Assembly (NCBI GenBank): GCA_027593035.1
Contig: JAQCJQ010000001.1
Span: 4,296 to 68,295, forward strand
DNA: 64,000 nt
Direction: 5' to 3'
DNA from: Bacteroidota bacterium
GTDB taxonomy: Bacteria > Bacteroidota > Bacteroidia > Flavobacteriales_D > Sanyastnellaceae
Position 1 is the first letter of the stretch. Each line of letters starts with the position of its first letter. Below the pieces are notes generated by a model. The model saw only the letters and a list, made by a program, of their open reading frames with translations. It had not been told where the DNA came from and ran no database searches. Positions 29,071-37,540 of the stretch are shown one piece after another. Position numbers and translations under genes: made by a program.

Positions 29071-30426
29071 TCAGACGACCCCTTGATCAATCATGGAGTC
29101 TGCTACCTTCACGAAGCCCGCGATGTTGGCGCCGCGCACATAGTCGACATGGCCATTGGCGTCTTTTCCGTACGTCACACATTGGCTGTGGATGTCTTTC
29201 ATGATGTTGAGCAAACGCTCATCCACCTCTTCTCTAGACCAGCTAATGCGCAGACTGTTTTGCGACATCTCCAATCCGCTGGTGGCCACACCACCCGCAT
29301 TGGACGCTTTGCCCGGAGCAAACAACACCTTCGCGTGGTTGAACACCTCAATGGCTTCTGGGGTACTTGGCATGTTAGCGCCTTCGGCAATGACAATGCA
29401 TCCGTTGCTTACGAGTGCTTGGGCTTCTTCTGCGTTGAGCTCGTTTTGCGTGGCACAAGGAAACGCTGCGTGACAAGCAATGCCCCACGGACGCTGACCT
29501 TCGTGGAAGGTCGCTCCTGGGAACTGGTTGACGTACTCTTGGATGCGGCCTCTGCGGTTGTTTTTGAGGTCCATGATCCAAGCCAACTTCTCTTGATCGA
29601 TTCCAGCAGAATCATGAATGAACCCCTTCGAGTCAGACATGGTCAACACCTTGGCGCCCATTTGAATGCACTTTTCAACGGCATATTGCGCCACGTTTCC
29701 AGATCCGGAGATGACGGCAGACTTGCCTTCAAAATTCTGGCCTTTCGTAGCAAGCATCTCAGCAGCGAAGTATACAGTTCCGTATCCAGTCGCTTCAGGT
29801 CGGATCAAGGATCCACCCCAGTTGCGGCCTTTGCCCGTGAGGACGCCCGTAAACTCATTGCGCAATCGCTTGTATTGACCGAAGAGGTATCCAATTTCAC
29901 GACCTCCCACGCCGATGTCCCCAGCGGGTACATCCGTGTTGGGGCCAATGTGTCGAGCCAATTCCGTCATGAAGCTCTGGCAAAAGCGCATCACTTCAGC
30001 ATCGGATTTGCCCTTGGGGTTGAAATCGGAACCGCCTTTTCCGCCGCCCATGGGCAACGTGGTCAAGCTGTTCTTGAACACCTGTTCGAATCCGAGGAAT
30101 TTCAGGACACTCAACGTGACCGTTGGGTGAAACCGCAAACCGCCTTTGTATGGCCCGATCGCGGAATTGAACTCTACCCGGTAACCGCGGTTGATTTGAA
30201 CTTCGCCCGCATCATTGGTCCAAGGAACTCGGAAAATGATTGTTCGTTCTGGTTCAACCATGCGTTCCAAAATGCGATGCTTCGCATATTGTGGGTGATC
30301 AGAAATGAAGGGAATGACGGTCTCGGCGACCTCTTGTACCGCTTGGATGAACTCAGGTTCATGCGGATTTTGGGCAGTCACTTGAGCCATGAAGGCATCA
30401 ATCTGCGCCTGGTGAGATTGGGACAT
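29071..30426 (-). CDS. gdhA: NADP-specific glutamate dehydrogenase
   Basis: LPMGGGKGGSDF, GANMPSTPEA, and strong overall GdhA likeness. ATG at 30426; the listed 30429 start is a TTG. Confidence 0.95.
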   Translation of the reverse strand: MSQSHQAQIDAFMAQVTAQNPHEPEFIQAVQEVAETVIPFISDHPQYAKHRILERMVEPERTIIFRVPWTNDAGEVQINRGYRVEFNSAIGPYKGGLRFHPTVTLSVLKFLGFEQVFKNSLTTLPMGGGKGGSDFNPKGKSDAEVMRFCQSFMTELARHIGPNTDVPAGDIGVGGREIGYLFGQYKRLRNEFTGVLTGKGRNWGGSLIRPEATGYGTVYFAAEMLATKGQNFEGKSAVISGSGNVAQYAVEKCIQMGAKVLTMSDSKGFIHDSAGIDQEKLAWIMDLKNNRRGRIQEYVNQFPGATFHEGQRPWGIACHAAFPCATQNELNAEEAQALVSNGCIVIAEGANMPSTPEAIEVFNHAKVLFAPGKASNAGGVATSGLEMSQNSLRISWSREEVDERLLNIMKDIHSQCVTYGKDANGHVDYVRGANIAGFVKVADSMIDQGVV

Positions 30427-30453
30427 CAACGTATATATTAACGTTCAGAGCGG

Positions 30454-30461
30454 CAAATCTA
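30454..30461 (-). promoter_or_regulatory. -7 promoter box TAGATTTG upstream of gdhA
   Basis: Exact TAnnTTTG on the - strand, 27 nt before the gdhA ATG and 2 nt after the stop of the upstream SDR gene. Confidence 0.5.
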
Positions 30462-30463
30462 AG

Positions 30464-31267
30464 TCACAAGGACAAAGTTCGACCACCATCAACCGGTAAA
30501 TTGATTCCGGAAATGTAACTCGCTGAAGGCGAAGCCAAAAAAGCGATGGCTCTGGCGACCTCTTCAGGTTTGCCTGTACGGTTCATGGGGACAGCGGCAG
30601 CCATCTGTTTGCGAATGGTCTCCTTTGAAAGGCCGGATTTAAGTGCTTTCGAAGAAATGATTTCATCAAGTCGGCTCGTGTCGGTTGCTCCCGGCAGGAC
30701 ATTGTTGACTGTGATGCCGTGAATGCCCACCTCATTGGCCCAAGTTTTGGCCCAACTTGCTACGGCACCTCGTACGGTGTTGCTAACACCTAAACCGGAA
30801 AGAGGTTGTTTGACGCTCGTACTGATCACATTGATGATCCGGCCAAATCCGGCCTCTTTCATTCCAGGCAAAACGGCCTGGGCGAGCAGTTGATTGCAAA
30901 TCAAGTGTTGCTCAAACGTTCGCAGGAAGGCTTCTGGAGCGGCTTCGACGATGGGACCGCCAGCAGGACCGCCAGTGTTGTTGACCAGGATGTGAACCGT
31001 TTCGTTGGCGACAATGGAAGCAATCTTTTCCTGAACATCAGCCGGCTGGCTGAAATCTGCAACGGCAAACGCGTGCCGAGTCGGGTCATGCAGCGTTTGA
31101 ATGGCCGCTTCCAGTTTTTGCGCATTGCGCGCCATGATGATGACCCGGGCTCCCAAACCAGCGAGATGCTGGGCGGTTGCCAAACCAATTCCCTGAGAAG
31201 CACCACAGACTAAGGCTGTTTGGTTCTCGAAGTTCATTGGCATCCACTGCGATGCATGTTGACTCAT
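30464..31267 (-). CDS. SDR family oxidoreductase
   Basis: Cofactor motif VCGASQGIG, plus NNTGG. Classical SDR length. The start is ambiguous between ATG 31267, 31243 and 31237. Confidence 0.85.
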   Translation of the reverse strand: MSQHASQWMPMNFENQTALVCGASQGIGLATAQHLAGLGARVIIMARNAQKLEAAIQTLHDPTRHAFAVADFSQPADVQEKIASIVANETVHILVNNTGGPAGGPIVEAAPEAFLRTFEQHLICNQLLAQAVLPGMKEAGFGRIINVISTSVKQPLSGLGVSNTVRGAVASWAKTWANEVGIHGITVNNVLPGATDTSRLDEIISSKALKSGLSKETIRKQMAAAVPMNRTGKPEEVARAIAFLASPSASYISGINLPVDGGRTLSL

Positions 31268-31346
31268 TCAGCGAAGGTAGCAAGGAGCAGCATCTTTTGG
31301 TGTGCTTCGAACGGCTCAAAAGTGGCGCCATCCCTCAAAATCGCTT

Positions 31347-31354
31347 TACATTTG
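31347..31354 (+). promoter_or_regulatory. -7 promoter box TACATTTG upstream of the epimerase gene
   Basis: Exact TAnnTTTG 22 nt before the ATG at 31377. Confidence 0.5.
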
Positions 31355-31376
31355 AGAAACTGCAGATTCCCAGAGC

Positions 31377-31775
31377 ATGAAGCGCATCGATCACATTGGC
31401 ATTGCCGTTCTCAACTTGAGCGAGGCGGAAAAGGTATTCACCGATGTGCTCGGCTCAGGCCCGATCAAAACGGAGGCGGTTGTGGACGAGTCCGTACGGG
31501 TGAGTTTTTTTCAGGCTGGGGAGAGCAAAGTGGAGCTTCTCGAGTCGACCGATCCGGATGGACCCATTGCTCGCCACATCGCGAAACGAGGCGAAGGGCT
31601 GCACCATGTGGCGTTCCATGTCGATGATTTAGATGCGGAATTGGTCCGCCTCAAAAACTTAGGGTACCGGGTCATTTCAGGCCCCAAACCAGGTGCTGAC
31701 CAAAAAACCATTGCGTTTTTACATCCGGCCGATTCCAGTAAGGTGTTGGTTGAATTGTGCGCCGACCGCATTTGA
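31377..31775 (+). CDS. mce: methylmalonyl-CoA epimerase (VOC superfamily)
   Basis: IDHIGIAV, GEGLHHVAF, AFLHP. 132 aa. Confidence 0.85.
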   Translation: MKRIDHIGIAVLNLSEAEKVFTDVLGSGPIKTEAVVDESVRVSFFQAGESKVELLESTDPDGPIARHIAKRGEGLHHVAFHVDDLDAELVRLKNLGYRVISGPKPGADQKTIAFLHPADSSKVLVELCADRI

Positions 31776-31776
31776 T

Positions 31777-32655
31777 TCAATTCCCGCGATACCAGCGCAT
31801 TTTCTTGCGCATTTTGGGGTCGAAGAGATCGCGACCAGGCTGTCCTGCTGGAGCGCCAACACACGAAGCTGCGGGGCGTCGCTTGAGCAAATCCCATGAA
31901 ATGCTGAATTGCCAAGGGCGATAACTTCCTTCCATCCAATCCCAAGCTCCCCCTCCTTGGAAGGCGGTAGGTTGCAATTGAACCAAATCGGTGTTGACCA
32001 GCAAGCGCAGGAATCGCCCCGATTGGCTGCGCACCCCCAGCCCCACTCCGCCTTCAACCGCCAACCGCCAATCGGAAGGGGTGGAGAGGGGTAAAAACAA
32101 GGAAGAATCGGCTCCAGAACGCTCAGACTCCATGCCGAATTCGTAGTTGTATCCAAGCCCCAAGTGGGCGTCAAAGAAAAAGTCAGGGATGATTTCGATG
32201 GCTCGATGCACATGCAGCGCAGATTGCAGAGTGAACGTAGACTTGCCGTGGTCCATCAACGTGTCGAGGGCGGTCGGCAATCCCAGTCCAGCTTGAGCAA
32301 CGCGTCCGTTGAATTCAGAATCAACGGCATGCCGAACTCCGGCCAATTCGATGCTCCAGCGATCCCAGAGCACGGGGTTTTGGACCACCCACCAATGGCC
32401 AATCCCGACCAATCCCGATCCCGACCCTTGGTGCGTCCATGTGCCCGCGTGGAGGGTGTCCAAGGCACCGCTAGAATTCGAAACGAGCCATTGACTCGTT
32501 GAGGAGGAGGGGGTGGCGTCCAGGATGTGTCCGCCCAACTTCCAAGACCAGCCGTGCCCGAGGTGGGCTTGTTCCTTGCGGTCGAACAGGTCGGCGGATT
32601 GTGCCAACGCTTGGCTTACAAACAACAGGCCGAAACTGAGGATTCGAAGGCGCAT
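31777..32655 (-). CDS. hypothetical secreted protein, possible outer-membrane beta-barrel
   Basis: Signal peptide MRLRILSFGLLFVSQALAQ. Gly/aromatic-rich alternating pattern with a basic C-terminal tail. Its ATG shares one nt with the kmo stop (TGATG). Confidence 0.5.
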   Translation of the reverse strand: MRLRILSFGLLFVSQALAQSADLFDRKEQAHLGHGWSWKLGGHILDATPSSSTSQWLVSNSSGALDTLHAGTWTHQGSGSGLVGIGHWWVVQNPVLWDRWSIELAGVRHAVDSEFNGRVAQAGLGLPTALDTLMDHGKSTFTLQSALHVHRAIEIIPDFFFDAHLGLGYNYEFGMESERSGADSSLFLPLSTPSDWRLAVEGGVGLGVRSQSGRFLRLLVNTDLVQLQPTAFQGGGAWDWMEGSYRPWQFSISWDLLKRRPAASCVGAPAGQPGRDLFDPKMRKKMRWYRGN

Positions 32656-34067
32656 CAGGCGGAAACTTGAGGGTTCTCCAGAGCGCGCATAGCGGCTTCA
32701 GCGACTTCGTCGCTGTCCCACTTCTCCTCAATGTTCGGCATGGCCAGAATGTCGGCCATGATGCGATCTTGGATGTGTCCTGCAGCAAGGGCCTCTTGGT
32801 ATGGCGTCTGGCTGAAGGTGACTTGGGAATACAGCGGAAGCCAACGCCCGGGATACGTTTTAGCCAATTTCGCTTCAATGCGTTTTTGCAATAGGAACTG
32901 GGGGTCTCCCGTTTTATCGCGCATTTCGATGTAATTGCGCAAGGCCAATTCCAATATGGCATCGCCTGCGGGTTTTCTGGCTGCGGTATAAGAGGATAGG
33001 GTTCGGTCCCAGTCTGCGGGGGAGTCCATGGTATCCAGCAATTCGCTCAAGATGCTGCAATCTTCCATGCCGCTGTTCATTCCTTGGCCATAGAAAGGAA
33101 CAATGGCATGGGCGGCGTCTCCCATCAAGCAGACACTGTCGCCGTGGTGCCACGGAAAACATCGGGTCATGACCAACGAGCTCACGGGGTTGGTGGCCCA
33201 TTGATCGGTTAAATCCGGAATCAATGGCAGGACATCCGGGAAGTTTTGCTCGAAATATGCCAAGGCCTGCTGGGGGTCTTGCAGTTGATCCAATCCATTG
33301 GCCCCAGCATAAGGCGCAAACAAGGTGCACGTAAACGTTCCGTCCGGATTGGGCAAGGCCATGAGCATGAACTCGCCGCGAGGCCAGATATGCAGGGCGT
33401 CCTTTTGCATTTTGAAGGCTCCCTGGGCATCCGGTTGCATCGCGACTTCCTTGTAACCGTGTTCCAAATAACGCTGCTCGAAATCAAACCGGTCCGTTCG
33501 TGTCAATCGATCGCGTACGGCACTGAAAGCGCCATCGGTTCCGAAAAGCCGGTCATATGCGACTTTGATGCCACTTTTATCTGGAGACTGCAACGCCAAT
33601 AGCTTTTGAGTCAAATCCACTCCGGTGCATTTGTAACCGAAATGAAAATGAACCCGATCATGGGCCTCGGCCGCTTCGACCAAGAGCCGATTCAAATTGG
33701 CACGGGAGACCGAATAGATGCATTGTGGATCGCCATGCAAACCGCGCGCATCGGGTAGCCCGTATCGCTGGAAAGTGAGGGCGCCATCCTGAGCATGCAT
33801 CAGCCGTCCTTCGATTGGGAGCGAAATGTCCCGAACTGCTTTTGCAATGCCCGCTTTCTCAAGCGCGCGCCAACCGCGATCGCTCAGAGCCAAGTTGATG
33901 CTGCGCCCGCCTTTGACCGGGCCAATGCGGGGGTCGGGTCGGCGTTCATACACATCCACGCGGTGCCCGCGTTGAGCCAACATCAAGGCCCACAAACTCC
34001 CCACCAATCCAGCCCCAACGACCACCATGTGTTCCGGCTGTTGGGCGATTCTTGATGCCTCTGCCAT
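32655..34067 (-). CDS. kmo: kynurenine 3-monooxygenase (FAD-dependent)
   Basis: VVVGAGLVGS, YERRPDPR, GRSINLALSDRG, HIWPRGEFMLMALPN, LMGDAAHAIVPFYGQGMNSGMEDC, NYIEMRDK. It closely parallels bacterial KMO as I remember it. Confidence 0.85.
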   Translation of the reverse strand: MAEASRIAQQPEHMVVVGAGLVGSLWALMLAQRGHRVDVYERRPDPRIGPVKGGRSINLALSDRGWRALEKAGIAKAVRDISLPIEGRLMHAQDGALTFQRYGLPDARGLHGDPQCIYSVSRANLNRLLVEAAEAHDRVHFHFGYKCTGVDLTQKLLALQSPDKSGIKVAYDRLFGTDGAFSAVRDRLTRTDRFDFEQRYLEHGYKEVAMQPDAQGAFKMQKDALHIWPRGEFMLMALPNPDGTFTCTLFAPYAGANGLDQLQDPQQALAYFEQNFPDVLPLIPDLTDQWATNPVSSLVMTRCFPWHHGDSVCLMGDAAHAIVPFYGQGMNSGMEDCSILSELLDTMDSPADWDRTLSSYTAARKPAGDAILELALRNYIEMRDKTGDPQFLLQKRIEAKLAKTYPGRWLPLYSQVTFSQTPYQEALAAGHIQDRIMADILAMPNIEEKWDSDEVAEAAMRALENPQVSA

Positions 34068-34070
34068 GAT

Positions 34071-35240
34071 TTAAATGCCTGCTTTTTTGAAAGCTCGCTC
34101 CAGATCATTGATCAAGTCTTGCGCGTCCTCTACCCCGACACTGATCCGGATAAAGCCGTCTGAAATGCCCAGCTTCTCGCGATCTTCTAAAGGAATGCTG
34201 GCATGGGTCATGGCTGCAGGATGTTCAATCAATGATTCCACGCCACCGAGTGATTCTGCCAAGGCGAAAACCTCAGTGGAAGCTGCCAAAAGTTTGGCTT
34301 GATCCAAGTCATTGCTGGCAATTTCAAAGGCAATCATGCCGCCAAAATCATCCATTTGCCTAGCAGCGATTTCATGACCGGGATGGTCCTCAAATCCAGG
34401 CCAGTAGACTTTCCGAACACCGGCATGGGCTTTGAGCCAATGGGCAACTTTGCGGCCGTTGGCACAATGTCGTTCGATGCGCAAATGAAGCGTTTTGATG
34501 CCACGTAAAACCAAGAACGAATCGAATGGCTGAGCGATCGCACCGCAGTTGTTTTGGATGGTGCGCAAGGCCGAGTCAATCTCCACGTCTCGGGTGATCA
34601 AAGCGCCCATCACCACGTCGCTGTGTCCACCTATGTACTTGGTGACCGAGTGCATGACGATGTCGGCTCCGTGAACAAGTGGCCGTTGCAACATAGGAGA
34701 GGCAAAGGTGTTGTCTACAGCGAGCCATATGCCACGAGGTTTTGTCAAGGCTGCAATCGCTGCGATGTCCGTGATTTGCATCAATGGATTCGTTGGGCTT
34801 TCGAGCCAGACGAGCCGGGTCTTGTCATTCATGGCCGCTTCCACCAATGGAGGCTGTTGCGTATCAACAAAATGAATCTTGATCCCCATGGGGGCATAAT
34901 TCGTTCGCAAAAGCCGAGCAGTTCCACCGTAGAGGTCTTGACCAGCGATGACCTCATCACCAGGCTTCAAGGTCTTCAGAATCGCATCAATGGCGGCCAA
35001 TCCAGAGGCAAAGGCCAATCCATGCTCGCCATGTTCCAGCTCTGCCAGGGCCTTTTCTAGGGCTGCCCGAGTGGGATTGTGGCTCCGTGAATATTCCCAG
35101 CCTTTGTGCACTCCCACAGCCTCCTGAACATAGGTCGAAGTTTGGAAAATGGGCGTCATGATGGCGCCCGTCGATGGGTCTGGCTCTACACCGGCATGAA
35201 CTGCCAGGGTGCCTTTGCCGGTTGCGTGATCTTTTTTCAT
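34071..35240 (-). CDS. Cys/Met-metabolism PLP-dependent enzyme (cystathionine gamma-synthase / beta- or gamma-lyase family)
   Basis: PLP-lysine motif HSVTKYIGGHSDV. Start chosen at ATG 35240 (MKKDHATGKGTLAVHAG), just downstream of a -7 box. Confidence 0.85.
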   Translation of the reverse strand: MKKDHATGKGTLAVHAGVEPDPSTGAIMTPIFQTSTYVQEAVGVHKGWEYSRSHNPTRAALEKALAELEHGEHGLAFASGLAAIDAILKTLKPGDEVIAGQDLYGGTARLLRTNYAPMGIKIHFVDTQQPPLVEAAMNDKTRLVWLESPTNPLMQITDIAAIAALTKPRGIWLAVDNTFASPMLQRPLVHGADIVMHSVTKYIGGHSDVVMGALITRDVEIDSALRTIQNNCGAIAQPFDSFLVLRGIKTLHLRIERHCANGRKVAHWLKAHAGVRKVYWPGFEDHPGHEIAARQMDDFGGMIAFEIASNDLDQAKLLAASTEVFALAESLGGVESLIEHPAAMTHASIPLEDREKLGISDGFIRISVGVEDAQDLINDLERAFKKAGI

Positions 35241-35246
35241 TCGATT

Positions 35247-35254
35247 CAAAGGTA
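35247..35254 (-). promoter_or_regulatory. -7 promoter box TACCTTTG, 6 nt before the ATG at 35240
   Basis: Exact TAnnTTTG on the - strand in the 56-bp spacer. Confidence 0.45.
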
Positions 35255-35296
35255 AGCGGAGGAATTCGGGGAGCCGAACCGTCTCAATGAAACTAA

Positions 35297-36385
35297 CTAA
35301 GGGGCGGCGGTTGATGTTCTCGAGATCCATCCGGGCAGCACCCAAGCGCCCAAGAAGAGGTATAGAAAGTACGTTGCCAGTCTCCAGATGATGGCGACGG
35401 CCGCGAGGTATCCAAATCCGACCAGGTCCCCGAGAAACGCCGGCAACGCCACTTCAGCTATCCCGGATGAGCCCGGAGTGGGACTGAGGGTCAACGCGAG
35501 CCAAAGGACCATTTGTCGCGCGAGTACGGCAGCATGGGGAACCGTTTCGAAGAAGACGAGCAGAATCATGTTCAAGGTCAAGAACCGGGCGGTCCAACTG
35601 AGCAGCGTTGTCCCCCAGGCCTGCAACCAAAAAGCGGAAGAGCGCTTGCGCATGTTCTGAGAAGCTTCCAATAAATCAACACTCCATTGCCTCACTCCAG
35701 CGCTCCATTTTTGAATAATTTTCCAGCGGGAAAGGCGATTCAGCCAGCGATGGGTTCCTTCAGGAGAATGTAGAATTCCCATGAAAATAATGCCTGTAAG
35801 CAAGGCAATGAACGCATAAGCGATGCCAAAGACCCAGGGAATTGAAGCGCCGAATCCCAGCCCGGTATCCGGAGGGAATATCGCGTGTCCGGCGGTAAAG
35901 CTGAGCAGGAGAAAAAAGGGCACTGCGACCAAGTAGAACAATTCATCCAGCAAGGCCGTCACAAATACGGTGGCCATACTTTGACCGCCGCTCATGCCAC
36001 CGCGTTTCAGGATCAAAATGGCCATCGCAGAGCCTCCAACCACGGAAGGCGTAAGTGCTGAAGCCAATTCCCATAGGATGATGTGATCAAACGATTGCTT
36101 CCAGCTGAATTGCTTGAAGGAGAGCATCCGGAGTCGGATGATGTAGGCGGCATCACGGAGCAAAACGCATCCTAAAACCGCCAGCAGGGCCCAGGATGCC
36201 CGCGCCGTCCATTCAAACGATTGGAGCAATGCCCGCGAGGTGGTCATGGATTGGGTGGCGGGGTCCATCACCTCTTGATCAAGGCTCCACCAGAGCATAG
36301 CCACGGCCGCCCCGGTGCCGAGAAAAACGGGAATGGCCCATTTGCGCCAGTGGAAGTGGGAACGAATCGGGGGAAGCGCCGTCAT
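35297..36385 (-). CDS. UPF0104 / lysyl-phosphatidylglycerol-synthase-TM-like (flippase-like) membrane protein
   Basis: 362 aa with about 8 TM segments. The pattern LRDAAYIIRLRML...LTPSVVGGSA is typical of the family as I recall it. It lies 38 nt downstream of the radical SAM gene. Confidence 0.6.
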   Translation of the reverse strand: MTALPPIRSHFHWRKWAIPVFLGTGAAVAMLWWSLDQEVMDPATQSMTTSRALLQSFEWTARASWALLAVLGCVLLRDAAYIIRLRMLSFKQFSWKQSFDHIILWELASALTPSVVGGSAMAILILKRGGMSGGQSMATVFVTALLDELFYLVAVPFFLLLSFTAGHAIFPPDTGLGFGASIPWVFGIAYAFIALLTGIIFMGILHSPEGTHRWLNRLSRWKIIQKWSAGVRQWSVDLLEASQNMRKRSSAFWLQAWGTTLLSWTARFLTLNMILLVFFETVPHAAVLARQMVLWLALTLSPTPGSSGIAEVALPAFLGDLVGFGYLAAVAIIWRLATYFLYLFLGAWVLPGWISRTSTAAP

Positions 36386-36423
36386 GTCTCCAAGGTAGTG
36401 GATGGGGTTGAAATCCTCGCCTG

Positions 36424-37470
36424 CTAGGCGTAAACAGCCGTTCCCTCGGTGCAGTTACGGCACATCTCAATGGTCGAACGGTCCGTGAAGATTTGCTGAC
36501 GGAACGCTTGGTATTTCTCGGAAAACCAGATTTCCTCAAAGCTCTGGGGTCCAATCTTTCCCATGGCATGTTCGGCATCCTTGTCAAAACAACAGGGAAC
36601 CACTTGGCCATCCCATGTCATGACACAACCTTGCCACATTCTCCAGCACTCATCATCGAGCGCATTGCGCAGTTTCCAAATGCCGCTGGATTGGCGGTCG
36701 TAACGACGAAGCTTCGGGTCCTTTGTGAGCAGGGGATGAGCGTCGTGGGGATCGTCGAGTTGTGCGGTCTTGATGACCAACTCATCGACGCCACTGGCTT
36801 TGGCCATTTTTCGAATCTCTGGAACTTCGTGTTCGTTGGGACCGACGACGAGAAACTGCCAAACGATATGCGGCGTGGATTTGTTTTTTGATTTGCGCCG
36901 AGCGTCCAGGACATTCTGTGTTCCTTCCAGGACCTTATCCAATCGACCCCCAACCCGATAGGAGCTGTAAGTTTCTTGCGTCATGCCGTCAATGCTAATG
37001 ATCAACCGATCCAAACCCGATGCCACAATGGCTTCGGCCCGCTCGGGACGCAGGAAATGCGCATTCGTAGAGGTGGAAGTGTAGATTCCATGTTGCCTGC
37101 ACAGGGCCACGAGGTGATCCATTGCAGGGTGCAAGTAAGGTTCTCCTTGGAAATAGAGGTTGGCATAAACGAGATGCCCTCCAATTTCTTGAAGCAAGCG
37201 ATCCAGCTGTTCAGGCTCGAGCATGCCCGTTGGACGAGAGAACGATCGCAAACCTGAAGGACACTCGGGACAGCGCAAGTTGCAGGAGGTGGTCGGCTCA
37301 ATGCTCAAGCTCATGGGCATGGCGCGCTGCGCAAATTGCCCGCCATTTTGCGCTTTTCGATATCCCCAATGCAAGGCAGCCAAATTCTTCAATCGCTTGG
37401 CATTCAAAGGACGAATCCTTGCGAAGCGATCGCTCAACATCCTTGTCTTATGTTGCCAACCCAGTGCCAT
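36424..37470 (-). CDS. radical SAM protein with C-terminal SPASM/twitch-type Cys cluster
   Basis: CX3CX2C motif TTSCNLRCPEC and C-terminal Cys cluster WDGQVVPCCFDKD...MCRNCTEG. The start is ATG 37470 or 37440. The listed extension to 37680 overlaps the divergent gene. Confidence 0.8.
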   Translation of the reverse strand: MALGWQHKTRMLSDRFARIRPLNAKRLKNLAALHWGYRKAQNGGQFAQRAMPMSLSIEPTTSCNLRCPECPSGLRSFSRPTGMLEPEQLDRLLQEIGGHLVYANLYFQGEPYLHPAMDHLVALCRQHGIYTSTSTNAHFLRPERAEAIVASGLDRLIISIDGMTQETYSSYRVGGRLDKVLEGTQNVLDARRKSKNKSTPHIVWQFLVVGPNEHEVPEIRKMAKASGVDELVIKTAQLDDPHDAHPLLTKDPKLRRYDRQSSGIWKLRNALDDECWRMWQGCVMTWDGQVVPCCFDKDAEHAMGKIGPQSFEEIWFSEKYQAFRQQIFTDRSTIEMCRNCTEGTAVYA

Positions 37471-37475
37471 GTTTA

Positions 37476-37483
37476 CAAATTTA
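37476..37483 (-). promoter_or_regulatory. -7 promoter box TAAATTTG, 5 nt before ATG 37470
   Basis: Exact TAnnTTTG on the - strand in the 70-bp divergent spacer. Confidence 0.45.
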
Positions 37484-37540
37484 ACCCTTAGCGAACGGGG
37501 AACCGAGGTCTTCCGGTCCGTCCTTCCTAATTTCGTGCAC

